DNA of 33,150 nt from Octopus bimaculoides. Taxonomy: Eukaryota. This document shows, one piece after another, positions 1 through 11,469 of the stretch. Positions within the stretch are counted from its first letter, which is position 1; every line of letters starts with the position of its first letter. The stretch is from NCBI RefSeq assembly GCF_001194135.2, contig NC_068996.1, positions 37,576,088 through 37,609,237 on the forward strand, written 5' to 3'. The position numbers and the translations under genes are program-made. The notes below the pieces were generated by a model. That model worked only from the letters and a program-made list of their open reading frames with translations. It did not search any database and was not told the origin of the DNA.

Positions 1-52
1 TTTTGTATATGTTTAACTGTAAATCATGGATTGTGATATTTTCGTGGGTCAC

Positions 53-130
53 AATGTGTGTGTGTGTGTGTGTGTGTGTCTATCTCTCTCCCTCTCTCTC
101 TCTTTATATTATGATGATCATCATCATCAT
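53..130. repeat. Compound microsatellite (TG)n-(TC)n followed by the (ATC)n tail of the adjacent LINE
   Basis: Directly visible repeat runs. Confidence 0.95.
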
Positions 131-1836
131 TTAACGTCTGCTTTCCATGCTGGCATGGGTTGGACGGTTTGACTTGAGGACTGGCAAGGCAGGAACTGCA
201 CCAGGCTCCAGTCTGATCTGGCAAGGTTTCTACAGCTGGATGCCTTTCCTAACACCAACAACTCCAAGAGTGTAGCGGGTGATTTTTACATGCCACTGAC
301 AGGGGGGCCAGTCAGGCAGCACTGGCAACAGCCATGACTATGATTTCACTTGACTCAACAGGTCTTCTCAAGCACAGCATATTGCCCAACAATTAAAGGA
401 TACTTTAAATGGACTGGTTATGTGACACTGGCATCGGGCACAGCTTTGCTCTCACTTGACTTGCTGGGTCTTCTCAAGCACCATATATCTCCAAAGGTCT
501 CGGTCACTTGTCACTGTCTCTGTGAGGCCCAACATTTGAAGGTCATGCTTCACCACTTCACCTCATGTCTTCCTGGGTCTTCCTCTTCTGCAGGTTCCCT
601 CCACTGTTAGGGTGTAAAACTTCTTCAAACAGCTGTCCTCATCCATACACATCACATGACCATACCAGCACAGTCATCTGTCTTGCACACCACATCTGAT
701 GCTTCTTATGTCCAACTTTTCTCTCAAGAGTGCTTACACTCTGTTGTGTATGCACACTGGCATTACACATTCAGCAGATCATACTAGCTTCATTTCTTTG
801 AAGCCTATGCATGTCCTCAGCAGTCACAGTCCATGTAGCATGGCTGTTTGTGCACATGCATCATACAGTCTACCTTTCAGTCTAAGCGAAAGGCCCTTTG
901 TTACCAGCAGAGATAGGAGCTCTCTGAACTTTGCCCAGGCTATTCTAGTAGCTGCACTCTCAGAGCATCCACCCCCGCCACTGACTTGGTCACCTAGATA
1001 ATGGAAGTTATCAACTACTTCTAGTTTTTCTCCCTGGAATTGATGGAATCTGTTTTCTGTACATCTTCGGTGTTTATTGCCCCTGAGCATTTGCCACACA
1101 CAAAAACTATCTTCCCAGTTAACCCTTCCCTGATATTGCTGCACCTCTTATGTGTCCATAGCTTACACCAAGTACATCTTATGGAGTTTGTACCTACACC
1201 TTTTCTACAGATCAAGCAGGGCCATCCACCTGGAGGGATTTGTGGTTTGCCTGCCTTCCTACTTATTAAGACTTTAGTTTGTGCTAGATTGACTCTAAGG
1301 CCCTTTGATTTTAGACCTTGCTTCCACACCTGAAACTTCTTCTCTAGTTCTAGTAGGGATTCAGATATTAGAGCAAGGTCATCAGCATAGGGGAGCTCCC
1401 AGAGGCAGCCTGTCTTGAATTCCTCTATTATTGCCTTGAGGACTATGATGAATAAGAGGGGACTCAGGACTGATCCTTGGTGAATCTCTACTTCTACCCA
1501 GAATTCTTCACTATACTCATTGCCAACCCTCACTTTACTGACAGAATCCCTGTACATGGCTTGTACAGCTCTCACCAACCACTCATCTATCCTTAGTTTC
1601 CTCATTGACCTCCAGATAAGGGATCAGGGAACCTGTCAAAGGCTCTCTCTATGCCAACGAAAGCCAAGTATAGAGGTTTATCTTTGGTTAGGAATTTCTC
1701 CTGCTGCTGTCTTACCAGAAATATAGCATCAGTGGTGCTTCTTCCTGGCACAAACCCAAACTGCATCTCATCTAAACTAACTCTCTCCCTAATTAGTTGG
1801 GCTATGACCCTCTCTGTGACTTTCATTACCTGATCC
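110..1836 (-). mobile_element. 5'-truncated RTE-clade non-LTR retrotransposon (frameshifted RT + PHD finger + 3' UTR + (GAT)n tail)
   Basis: Minus-strand frames give DQVMKVTERV..QFGFVPGRSTTDAIF..LYLAFV, HQGSVLSPLLF, YADD (about 1389-1378), KGLRVN..TKVL and LEVVDNFHYLGD. An RTE-type C-terminus ends VLEKTQQVK* at 454-452, followed by the 3' UTR and (GAT)n tail. Frameshifts near 1610, 1035 and 840. Confidence 0.93.
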
Positions 1837-2269
1837 ACACACACACAAATTAACCTTTACCACTACCACCACTATCTATCATCAACACCAAAACCAAATC
1901 ACCTATGACCATTACCAACTGACCAGCTCTTTAATGACAAACAACAACAGCAACAATAGTATAAAGATGATAAACAACTTCATCTAAATTACAAAACATT
2001 CACATGGGATAACATAGGACTCTAATGTATTTCATATGTTGAATGAAATGTCTTTGATCTTAGGTCAATTAGCAATGAATTGAGACTAAACAACAACAGC
2101 AATGCAAATAAGAAGAATATGACCACTATCACCACCACTTCCACCCACAATAACTCCATCAACACCATAAAATAAAGTCTAAAGTTTGTATGATAATTTG
2201 CACTAAAAGGAAGGTGAAACTTCTAATGAAAAATATTTCTGAAGTGCTTAAATTTGCACGACAAAAATG

Positions 2270-2960
2270 TGACTGCTGAAGCTGCCAGTGCTGGCACCAA
2301 AACTGAGGCTAATTATTTTAAGCAGCTGGAAAAAAGGAACTACACACCAGAGCAAGGATACAATGTTGATGAAACTACACTTTTCTAGAATCTTACGCTA
2401 GAATTTTTATTTCTGGAGAAGAATAAGCAAATTCAGGATTTAAATCTTCCAAAATCATCTGATGCTTCCCCTGAGAGAAAATGTTATTGGCGGATATGAA
2501 ATTAAAACCCCTGCCCATGTTTCAATCTGAAAATTCATGGGCTTTCAAGAATTATGCAATGTTAAAGTTGTCTCTTATTTGACATTTAAATTAGAAGGTA
2601 TGGATGACCAAGAGCCTTTTCAAAGAAGGGTTTACAAACATTTTTTTTGTTCTAGTGTAGAAAGGTACGATGTTAGATATATTTTCAACAAAACATTTCT
2701 TCTTTTAGACAATGCACCAAGCAACCCAGTGAACTTAAATGAGCTTTCTGATAATGTAAGAATAGAATTTATCCTCAAAAGTACAACTTTTGTACCAGAC
2801 AATGGCTGAAAGTATGGCAGCTAACTTCAAGGCATGTTATCTGAAAAGAATTTTCAAACAACTTATGAAAGCAACTGATAGGGAGGCTAAAGCTACAGAG
2901 AGAGACTTCCAGACAATGAATTTTGTAGATAACATTGTTGAGTCACAGGATGAAGAGAAA
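2270..2960 (+). mobile_element. Degraded pogo/Tigger-like DDE transposase relic
   Basis: Fragments EAASA..YTPEQGYNVDETTLF, KLKPLPMFQSENSWAF, FLLLDNAPSNP and ANFKACYLKRIF match pogo/Tigger DDE_1 motifs. Many stops and frameshifts; no TIRs found. Confidence 0.8.
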
Positions 2961-3447
2961 CCCTCAACTTCAAATGGTTTTTTTGAAAACTATATTGCAA
3001 GACTACATCTGTCACTTCACAACTATTCTCTTACTATCTAACATTTTTTAGTCCTACCAAGATCATTTTATAATAATTATAGTAAACACATCCTATCTAC
3101 ATCATATTTAGGTTATTATATATTCTAAATCCTATCATTTCTTTCTTTGTGGTCCTGATTTCTAGATCTTTATATATTTTGTTGTTTGATTCTGATAACT
3201 TTTCCTTTGTTTTAAGGTGCTTTTAGCACATTTTCAGGCCTATGTTTATGTTGATGCCTTTACTTCAATTGATTATACAACTCAGTAAAATCTAGTGCTA
3301 TATTGTAGCAAGGCTTAGATTTGAAACTACTTTAGCTCAGTAATGAGAACTAGACCACAGTATATCAGATAACTGAATTTGGATCAACAGTATTTCAGCT
3401 GCAATTGTTTGATCACATGATTTCAATTGGAAATTTCCATGAGTTAC

Positions 3448-3508
3448 CTGCCAAAATATGGTCATAAATACAGAAGTGTGGGACAATCATTGCAAAGGTT
3501 GAGAGATT
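3448..3508 (-). CDS. Weak candidate downstream exon of the minus-strand gene (NLSTFAMIVPHFCIYDHILA), phase 0 to 1
   Basis: Acceptor tgtcttcacaag, donor CAG|GTAACT; open in the phase needed after exon 6648-6452. At only 61 nt it could be chance. Confidence 0.3.
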
Positions 3509-4597
3509 CTTGTGAAGACAGATAAATACAAGACTCTTAGTAGCTGTTTGACCTTCAGTTAAAAGGAATCACATTGTATACAATAAACACAATATCCTCT
3601 GTTCTTCAAGCACTGACATATAACATTTTTAATTCTCATCTCTTGTCTCGCTCAAAGGTGTTGGTATCTAATTCTTGGCCAACACACATACATAACTCAC
3701 CATTGACAATAAGAACTACTGCCTCCAGTAAGTAAGTTTTTGTAATCATTGTAATGTTTAGGTATAAATAAATGGTTTCTTCAGAAACTTCAAGTAGACT
3801 TGGCACTAAAATGGGTAACAACACAATACCTAACTAGCATATAATCCATCTAACCATTACTGAAAGATATATAAAAAAAAGATGGGATGATAATGGATAA
3901 CATACTTTTGTATCAGCTATTATTCAAAGTAACCACTCTTTTACATGACATGGCAGCATGCAAGCTGAAACGTTAATATCTCTTCAGTTTGTGATCAAGA
4001 GAAAATCTATCACATTGCTTTGTTATGTGTTATTAGTACTGTTGACTACTGACTATTCTTTTAGTGTGAACACATTACAAATGACCAGAAAACATTTAAA
4101 AAAATCTTTTTGCCAGCTCCCTGTTGGTAAGGAAAGACAGGTTGTTCACAGATAAAAGTCTTTTCATCATAGATTTTCATCACAGCTGATACGAGGTGAA
4201 AGAATAACAATTACACTTAACACTTTTAACTTTGGAATCAAACAAGGTTATTTGAGTTATGAATGTTTTTTTATTTGACAGTCTACACAGCAATAAATTA
4301 CTCCTAGTTTAGACTTTAATGAGACAAGAAAGATAAAACATTATTGATATAAAAACTTTCATTGCTTCCACTAATTGATGTAGGAAAATATCTTAAATTC
4401 AATATATTTTATTTGGAATATAAATTTAACAAGTTTGGGAAGAGATGTAACTAATATTTGTCCTCTTCTGTAACTAATATTTGTCCATTAAAAAGTCTAC
4501 ACATTATTCATTTACATCACATTACCATAAAAGCACAATGATCACCTATTGTTACATATTGTTTAAAATTAATGTTTACAAAACAACTTTGTTTGTT

Positions 4598-5385
4598 GTC
4601 ATCTTCATTTAACATCCATGTTCCATCCATACTGGCGAGGGTTGGACAGTTTAACAGGTTCTGATAAGTCCAAAGACTGCATCATGGTCCAGTGTCTGCT
4701 TTGGCATTGTCTCATCATCATCGTTTAACAACCGCTTTCCATGCTAGCATGGGTTGGGCGATTTGACTGAGGACTGGCAAGCCAGAAGGCTGCACCAGGC
4801 TCCAATCTGATTTGGCAGAGTTTCTACAGCTGGATGCCCTTCCTAACGCCAACCACTCCGAGAGTGTAGTGGGTGCTTTTACGTGCCACCGGCATGAGGG
4901 CCAGTCACATGGTACTGGCAACGGTCACGCTCAAAAAGGTGTTTTTTACATGCCACTTGCACGGGAGCCAGTCCAGTGGCACTAGCAATGACCTCGCTTG
5001 AATGATTTTCTAATGTGCCGCCAGCACAAATGCTAGAAGGTGACACTGGTAACGATTATGCTCAAATGGTGCTATTTACAGGCCACTAGCACAGAAGCCA
5101 GACAGACAGCTGCTCTGGCAATGATCACGCTCGGACAGTGTTGTTAGTGCTGCACTGGCACAGGTGCCAGTCATCGAATATGGTTCAATTACAATTTCGA
5201 TTTCACTTGCCCCAACAGGTCTTTGCAAGCAGAGTTTAGTGTCCAATGAAGGAGAGGTTGGCATGGGTGCCAGTCGTCAGATTTGGTTCAATTTCGATTT
5301 TAGATTTCAAATTTCAAATTCCAAGTATGGTTTAAATGGTTGGATGCCCTTCCTAATATCAACCTCTTTACAGCACATTTTGTAT
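4598..5385 (-). mobile_element. Older RTE-tail-like repeat (4598-4707 and 5327-5385) split by a younger copy
   Basis: The two halves rejoin as ...ctgctttggcat|ggttt..tggttggatgcccttcctaa, colinear with the uninterrupted copy at 16055-16290. Confidence 0.65.
4712..5310 (-). mobile_element. Non-coding RTE-3'-tail element with an internal array of roughly 60-bp repeats and a (GAT)n tail
   Basis: 3' end nearly identical to the LINE 3' UTR at 110-330; reverse-complement homologous to 25510-26010 over its full length. Confidence 0.85.
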
Positions 5386-6106
5386 AGATTATATTTTTAT
5401 ATAATTATATTTATAAAAACATACTACAAATTATATTTTTGTATATTGTATAACCATAATGTATATTTGTATATTACTTTCAATATTTATCAGCTCACTG
5501 TGTTTGTCCCAACTCCTAAATGAACACTAATTTCAAGTGGTTGTCCTTATCCTTCCTACCCTTTCCTTTCATTGTCAATGCTTTATTGCTATACAACATT
5601 ATATTTCTTACGTATGTGTGAAGATGCTCTCCTTCTTTCAAAAATCAACGCTGCTATTCAACTCATAACAAAAGTAAAATTACAATAAATTAATGACAGA
5701 TGCCTGCTTTTCTCTAGATGTACATAAAATTTTCATAGGAAGAACCTTTATTCTTTCATATAATATATCTTTGGGTAATTTGGATAATTGAAAATAATTT
5801 AAGATAATTGATTAATAATGTGTGAGTTTTCTAAATATACTGGTGCAAACGGATTACAAATATGTGGATAAGAGATGCTTTGAGTTGATGACAGAATGTA
5901 GTTATTAGGAAGCAGTTTGATTAGATCAGAGATGATTGTGATGGTAATAAGGTTGAGGTGTGAAGAGATATGTGATATTGCAGATTCATCTAAGTAACGC
6001 TTGCATGAAAAAAAAACTAAAACAAAAAAAAAGGCACAGGCATTACATCAGCAGAAGCAGGATGACAGTTACTTCAGGTGAGCATTTGCTATCGAACGGC
6101 TGGTGT

Positions 6107-6161
6107 GTAATAATGATAATGACGACAACAATGGTGATGATGATGATGATGATAATGATGG

Positions 6162-6210
<49 letters not shown>

Positions 6211-6420
6211 AATGATGTTGATGATGACAACAATGATGATAAGATGATAACAGTGGTGATTGTGGCGGTGGTGGTGTTGGCAGAGGTATTTTGGTGGTGA
6301 TGGCAGTGGTGGTGGTGATTGTAGGTGATCGTGGTTGGTGGCAGTGGTGGTGGCTGTGATGATTGTGGTGGTGATGGTGCTGGTAACAACAAATGTAGCA
6401 GTGATGATGACGAAGAAGAT
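6107..6420. repeat. (GAT)n microsatellite grading into degenerate (GGT)n
   Basis: Directly visible; source of the poly-M, poly-D and poly-S ORFs. Confidence 0.95.
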
Positions 6421-6451
6421 GAGATTTTTAGTGGGAGAGATAAATACTTAC

Positions 6452-6648
6452 TTCTCTCATAGAATCACCCTCTATGTCACTGTTATCTTGCATACTGTCT
6501 TTGCAAATTAGCTTATCTTTTGTAGAATTTGCAATGCTAATGCCATGAACACCGCTACCCATGTGCGTATCATTCAATTTGTGCTCAAATGATTCCATCT
6601 CAGAACCAGTCATTTGAGAGTTCAAATTTGTTTCAACAGGATTTAACC
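6452..6648 (-). CDS. Internal coding exon (GLNPVETNLNSQMTGSEMESFEHK...DNSDIEGDSMRE), phase 1 to 0
   Basis: Acceptor tttacttttatag, donor GAA|GTAAGT, open frame; phase matches upstream exon 8596-8483. Confidence 0.78.
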
Positions 6649-6729
6649 CTATAAAAGTAAAGGCACAACAAAAAATATAATTTTGCTTTGAGAAGGATTA
6701 GATACAAAGTCTTTGTATTATCTGTTAAA

Positions 6730-7260
6730 CAGGAATGGAAATAGCTAAAATATTGAATTATTCCTGATATCTGATAAATAGATCAACACACTCCAAGACA
6801 TTGGATTACCAAAACATTTACTCAAATATTTGAAAGATGTCTATTAATCACATGTGCAATAAGCCTTTTTAGTGTATTAGAAAGGTTTGAAATTTATCGG
6901 TCTTTCAATATTTGTCAATTCCAAGCCTAAATTGGTTAGATGCCTGTGACTCAACATCCTCTGAAAGTATCTAGTTACAGTTTATATGTTCAAAGAGTTT
7001 TGTTGCATCACAAGTTTGGAGAAATTTCAGTTTTCGTCATAGTATAGATAATTTCTGCCTGTTACTATCCAACAGGCATATTATAGATGTAGACCTTCTA
7101 TCTAATTTTAAAAACTTTCTTCAGAAAGTTGATCATTTTTTTCAAAAGATGACTGAACTAACAGTAGGTGAAAGCCTATTTTACAAACTTCAATCCTCTT
7201 AACAGTTAGAACAGATACCAACTCTTTAGAAACTGTTGGATCCTAATTAGGTCAAATTTT
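6730..7260 (-). mobile_element. Highly degraded L2/CR1-like RT relic
   Basis: Minus translation QILKDR*ISNLSNTLKRLIAHVI resembles the KNYRPISNLS..K.LE motif; upstream DPT..KELVSVL resembles LDPIPT.LLK. Confidence 0.45.
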
Positions 7261-7830
7261 TATCTCATCCACTCACCACAATTTAATCAGGGTTGAAGCA
7301 TTGGCTTTATGTGAACTAACACAGATTAACAAAATATCATCTTTAACCTCTTACTTGATTGACAGAATACACTAAAAGACTAAAGTTGATCAAAACAGAA
7401 TCAAATATGGAGTAATAGGTTTACAAATCGTTTATCAATTAAACAAATAAAACTAACAACAATAGTGTACTAACAACAATAGTGTATGTCTGATGCCTGC
7501 AGCTGTACTGGATGGACATAATATTATTTCTGAAGACAGTAAAAATTATTTATTTGTGAAAATAGTTTAATTTGGAGCATATTAAATAGTCCCACTACTT
7601 TCTTAGATGCTTTTCTATTGGTGTGCTTACACTTCAATAAGCAAGTTAAAAATCTTTACAACTGCATGCCATTCTTTATAGAAAGCTCAATTAAAGGTTA
7701 AAAACCTCATTAAGGGATAATAAAATCCAATGAATATACTGGTTTATTACCTATTACAGAAAGTATTGAATATTACAGTTAATATTTTGCTGTAAGGTAA
7801 TTGGATAAACTAGGATTTATATATATTTTT

Positions 7831-8196
7831 AAGAAAATAGAGATAATTAAATTAATAATTATTTATTAATTACAAAATTGGACATCATCTCTGACAGCTG
7901 TTTCAATTCAAGACTTTAGAAATTAATAAGTATAATTAAAAACATTTTCAAGTTGAATCTCATTGGAGGTGGAAAAAAATATACCCTTACATTTTCATAT
8001 TATTGTGTGTTGACTCAGCACACAATAATATGAAAATGTAAGGGTATATTTTTTTCCACCTCCAATGAGATTCAACTTGAAAATGTTTTTAATTATACTT
8101 ATTAATTTCTAAAGTCTTGAATCGAAACAGCTGTCAGAAATGATGTCCAATTTTGTAATTAATAAATAATTATTAATTTATTATCACTATTTTCTT
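7831..8196. repeat. Near-perfect 366-bp palindrome (foldback) centred at 8014
   Basis: Arms 7831-8013 and 8015-8196 are reverse complements with 4 mismatches and 1 indel by manual alignment. Confidence 0.97.
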
Positions 8197-8482
8197 ATTT
8201 TCTTTATACATGAATATATGATAATATTTTTGAAGTATATAATATGAGGAAGTATTATTTTGAGTCAAGTAAGCAAAGACAAAGAGAATAAAATGTGCTG
8301 CTAAATTCTTCAATATGTTAAATTTTTCCTAACAACTTTCCTATTGTCCCTGCATATCTCTGCATTATTGTTGAAGGAATGGAAATTGATAACAATCTTA
8401 TTATACTAAAGTTAATTTTTTTTTTATAAAATAGAAACTATCAGTATTTCAAATTTAACATGTAATTCAATAAATAATAAAC

Positions 8483-8596
8483 CTTTTCCAATGACACCAA
8501 TCATTTTTGGCTCAGCAGCAATCTCTCCAGAACCTATTTCTGAACTCCCGTAAGAATATAATGATGCCATACCAAGAGGTGTGCCAGATGAAGCAT
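8483..8596 (-). CDS. Internal coding exon (DASSGTPLGMASLYSYGSSEIGSGEIAAEPKMIGVIGK), phase 1 to 1
   Basis: Acceptor atattttttgcag, donor AAG|GTTTAT, 114-nt open frame; phases match both neighbouring exons. Confidence 0.72.
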
Positions 8597-8869
8597 CTGC
8601 AAAAAATATATAAAATCCAGAAGATACATTTTCCCCCTTAGTTCGAAAATGGGGGCAGTGCTTGTGATCTTCAAAGGCCCTCCATGACTCAGATCAATAC
8701 TGTTGATGTTTAGCATGAAAATCTGTAAATCAATGGTTGCAGAAAAACATGGATAGAGAGGGAATTCCAGATAGTCAAAAATTTGGCCTATAGGTTGAGA
8801 GACAAAACAAGTGTGATGAGAAAAAAGAGAGAGAGAGAAAGATTTTGGATAGGCATTATGGAATTGCTT

Positions 8870-9800
8870 TGCAATTAGCTATTTCAGAAGATCAGAGATT
8901 ATTGCAATAGGGAGAAATGAGGTAGGAATGGAGAAAAGAGGCAGGGATAGAACTGTCCCACATATGTGAGTAGTATTCCACTGTTTAGCTTACTGAAGCT
9001 TTGTAAAAATTCAGAAACTGAATAGAAATCCAGTATTTTCTGACTGTGAAGATGAAGGTTTGTCTTTAGAGTGTATTTTTTGCAATATATATGTTGTCAA
9101 GTTAGATCATCAGAACTTTTGATGTCTAGCATTTGTACCAATATTGTTGTCTAGCATTTGCAGTAATTTTAAGGGTTTTAACCTATATGTTTTCCAAAAC
9201 TAGAGAGATATAGGTACACAATTGTTTCCTTGATATGAGTAGAGAATATGTTTTTCTACTTTTGGAGGAAACTAGATTTTCATGTATCAATTGAAAAACG
9301 TTTTTGATGACTGTGTTAACAGAGGTGGTGCAAGTTCGATGTGAAATGCCTAGCCTGCAGGTGAAATAACACACATGAGTGTGGAAGACTGAAGAGGAAA
9401 GGAAGGTCAGAGATGACAGATAGCAGATCATTAATGTACAGAAATTAAGAGTGTTTGAAGCATAACTGAACCTTGAGGGACACTAAAGTTGACAGTGTGG
9501 GCCAGACAGTTTCCCATTAGCACACACTGTAATTTTGTGACCTGAAAGGAAGAGAGGAGAAATGAATGGAGTCAACATATGGACAGTGTAGCAAGGAGAT
9601 TCTCATGCCAAACATGTTCACAATATTTGCTGATGCCAAATGAAATGAGATTGCTTTTGCAGAACTTTTAAATGTTGGTGATATAGTCATGTCACATTAT
9701 GGAATCACTAGGGGAGCAGCTTCCAATACATATATTTACTGAGGAGGAAGAGAAACTTAAATTGTTGGCTGATGTGTTTATGTAATTTTAATTATGCTTT
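8870..9800 (-). mobile_element. Degraded CR1/Jockey-group LINE RT relic
   Basis: Fragments HVWHENLLATL, SFLSGHKITVCANG, VPQGSV, LYINDLL and YKASV..EYYSHMW appear in the expected order. Confidence 0.75.
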
Positions 9801-11469
9801 TCTTCATTACTACGAATTCACTACTAAACAAGCACTTTTCCCAATGCACTTCTCTGGAAATGGAATTCTCTTCTGACCAAAACTTTTCTTACAGACATTG
9901 ACCTACAAAAGTTCAAGCAGAACATCAATCACAACAACCACACCAGTATGGGAGATATTACAAAGATTAATAGATGCTACTCTCTCTCTCCTCTAACTTT
10001 AAAAAAAATCAATGACATATATAAATAATAATAATTAATAATGAAATTAGTAAAATCACATGAACAAAAAACATACACCCTATAAACTGCAAAGATTTTA
10101 ATATAAACAATATTAAAAATTGCACTTTCAAAAATTATTGATGGGAACCAAAGCATGTATCTCTCATTTGGATATCTCTCATTAGTCAGCTATACTAACC
10201 TGAATCCGTGCTCCCTTCACACACACACATGCACATGCAATCTATCTCAAATTAGGCATAAATATGTATTTGTATTAGTTCATCATAACATAGAAAGATA
10301 TTCTCTCTTGATTTAATGCATAGATAAGGCTAATATGTAGTATATGAATAGTTTATAAATTGGCTGCTAAATTTTTCATACAATCAATACTAAATGTTAC
10401 AATTTCAAAATCAACAAATTAAGATTGAAAAAGAACAAACCCACTGTAGGGAATTGAACCACATATCTCTCATTTACAAGGTGAATTTTATACCTGTCAC
10501 ACCACCTTGAGTTTATGTTCACTAATGCAGGTATCTTAGATTCATCTTTACAAAGATAAAAAAGCATTGTTTATATTATAAGATATAAAGATATTTATAC
10601 TAAAATATTAGAAGTTTAAACAAAAGTATAATTATTAAGTATATTCTTCTGAACATTTCATGTTTGCAGGTATAGTTTCCTTATTGTAGCATGAAATCTA
10701 TGCTGCAATTACTTCAAATATCTTAATTTTAAGTGTTCAACACTTATTTTTAAGCTCGCATTAGATTCAGATGTTTATTTTCAACTCTTTGGTTTTAATA
10801 CACATTAGCATGGCATTGTTTCACATTCAGATTCTGCATGAATAACAGATAGCAAGGCTCATTCATGACTAATGATATATAACAACAATTAATCAATCTT
10901 TTGTGTCAGTCAAGCCTCTGTAATCAGTTTGCATTGAGTCTATAATTCTGTGAGGGGTTTTACTATTATATTCTAGCGATTGCTTATTGAAAACTTTGTC
11001 GCATATTTTTGATACATTGACAAATGGTCGCTGAGATATGTTCAAGTTTCACCCATCAAAGATGGTTTGACACTGGCAATTGTAATTATAATGCATAAAC
11101 CATATTAGTTACTCCCAGCGCGAATGTGTATATATACATGTATGTGAGGGTGCTAGTGTATGTGTATGAGACTCAAACTTGTCAATTTATTACATAGAGT
11201 TTCTTGTTGCTGATCTTCACATACATATTGAAGCTCACATACTCACACACAAACAAAGTGGCTAATTTCTTTGAGAGAGATCTGGTGAGTGTCACTGCTG
11301 ATAAAAAATTTTTTTTAAATTGCTGGCTATTATTATAATGTTCAGATTTCTTCACGTGTCCTATCCAGTATCCCAAATGTCGGTACATTGTAAGTAGCAA
11401 TTTCTTCTGTTCTGTAATATTTGCAGTACTTGTCATTGGGAGACAAGCTAGATAGCCAGGTCAATGATA

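Noticed and set aside
1836-1850. TSD for the RTE LINE
   Set aside because: Both flanks are microsatellite and no matching direct repeat could be identified.
3636-3824. Possible exon: minus strand (donor ATG|GTGAGT at about 3700) or plus strand (3658-3727, donor GTAAGT)
   Set aside because: No minus reading fits the phase-0 end of exon 6648-6452 without a stop, and the plus candidate has no supported partner exons. Left unresolved.
4446-4487. Short direct duplications (tgtaactaatatttgtcc x2; also 30552-30582 tgctaggaaaaccaa x2)
   Set aside because: Ordinary slippage duplications with two copies; not CRISPR-like and no sign of function.
5960-6392. Poly-Met, poly-Asp and poly-Ser ORFs
   Set aside because: Translations of the (GAT)n/(GGT)n microsatellite.
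8534-8716. 60-aa ORF MLNINSIDL...
   Set aside because: It overlaps the real exon in a different frame and crosses its acceptor.
10440-10510. tRNA-like or SINE-head relic on the minus strand (ggttcaattccc)
   Set aside because: Only a B-box-like motif; no convincing cloverleaf.
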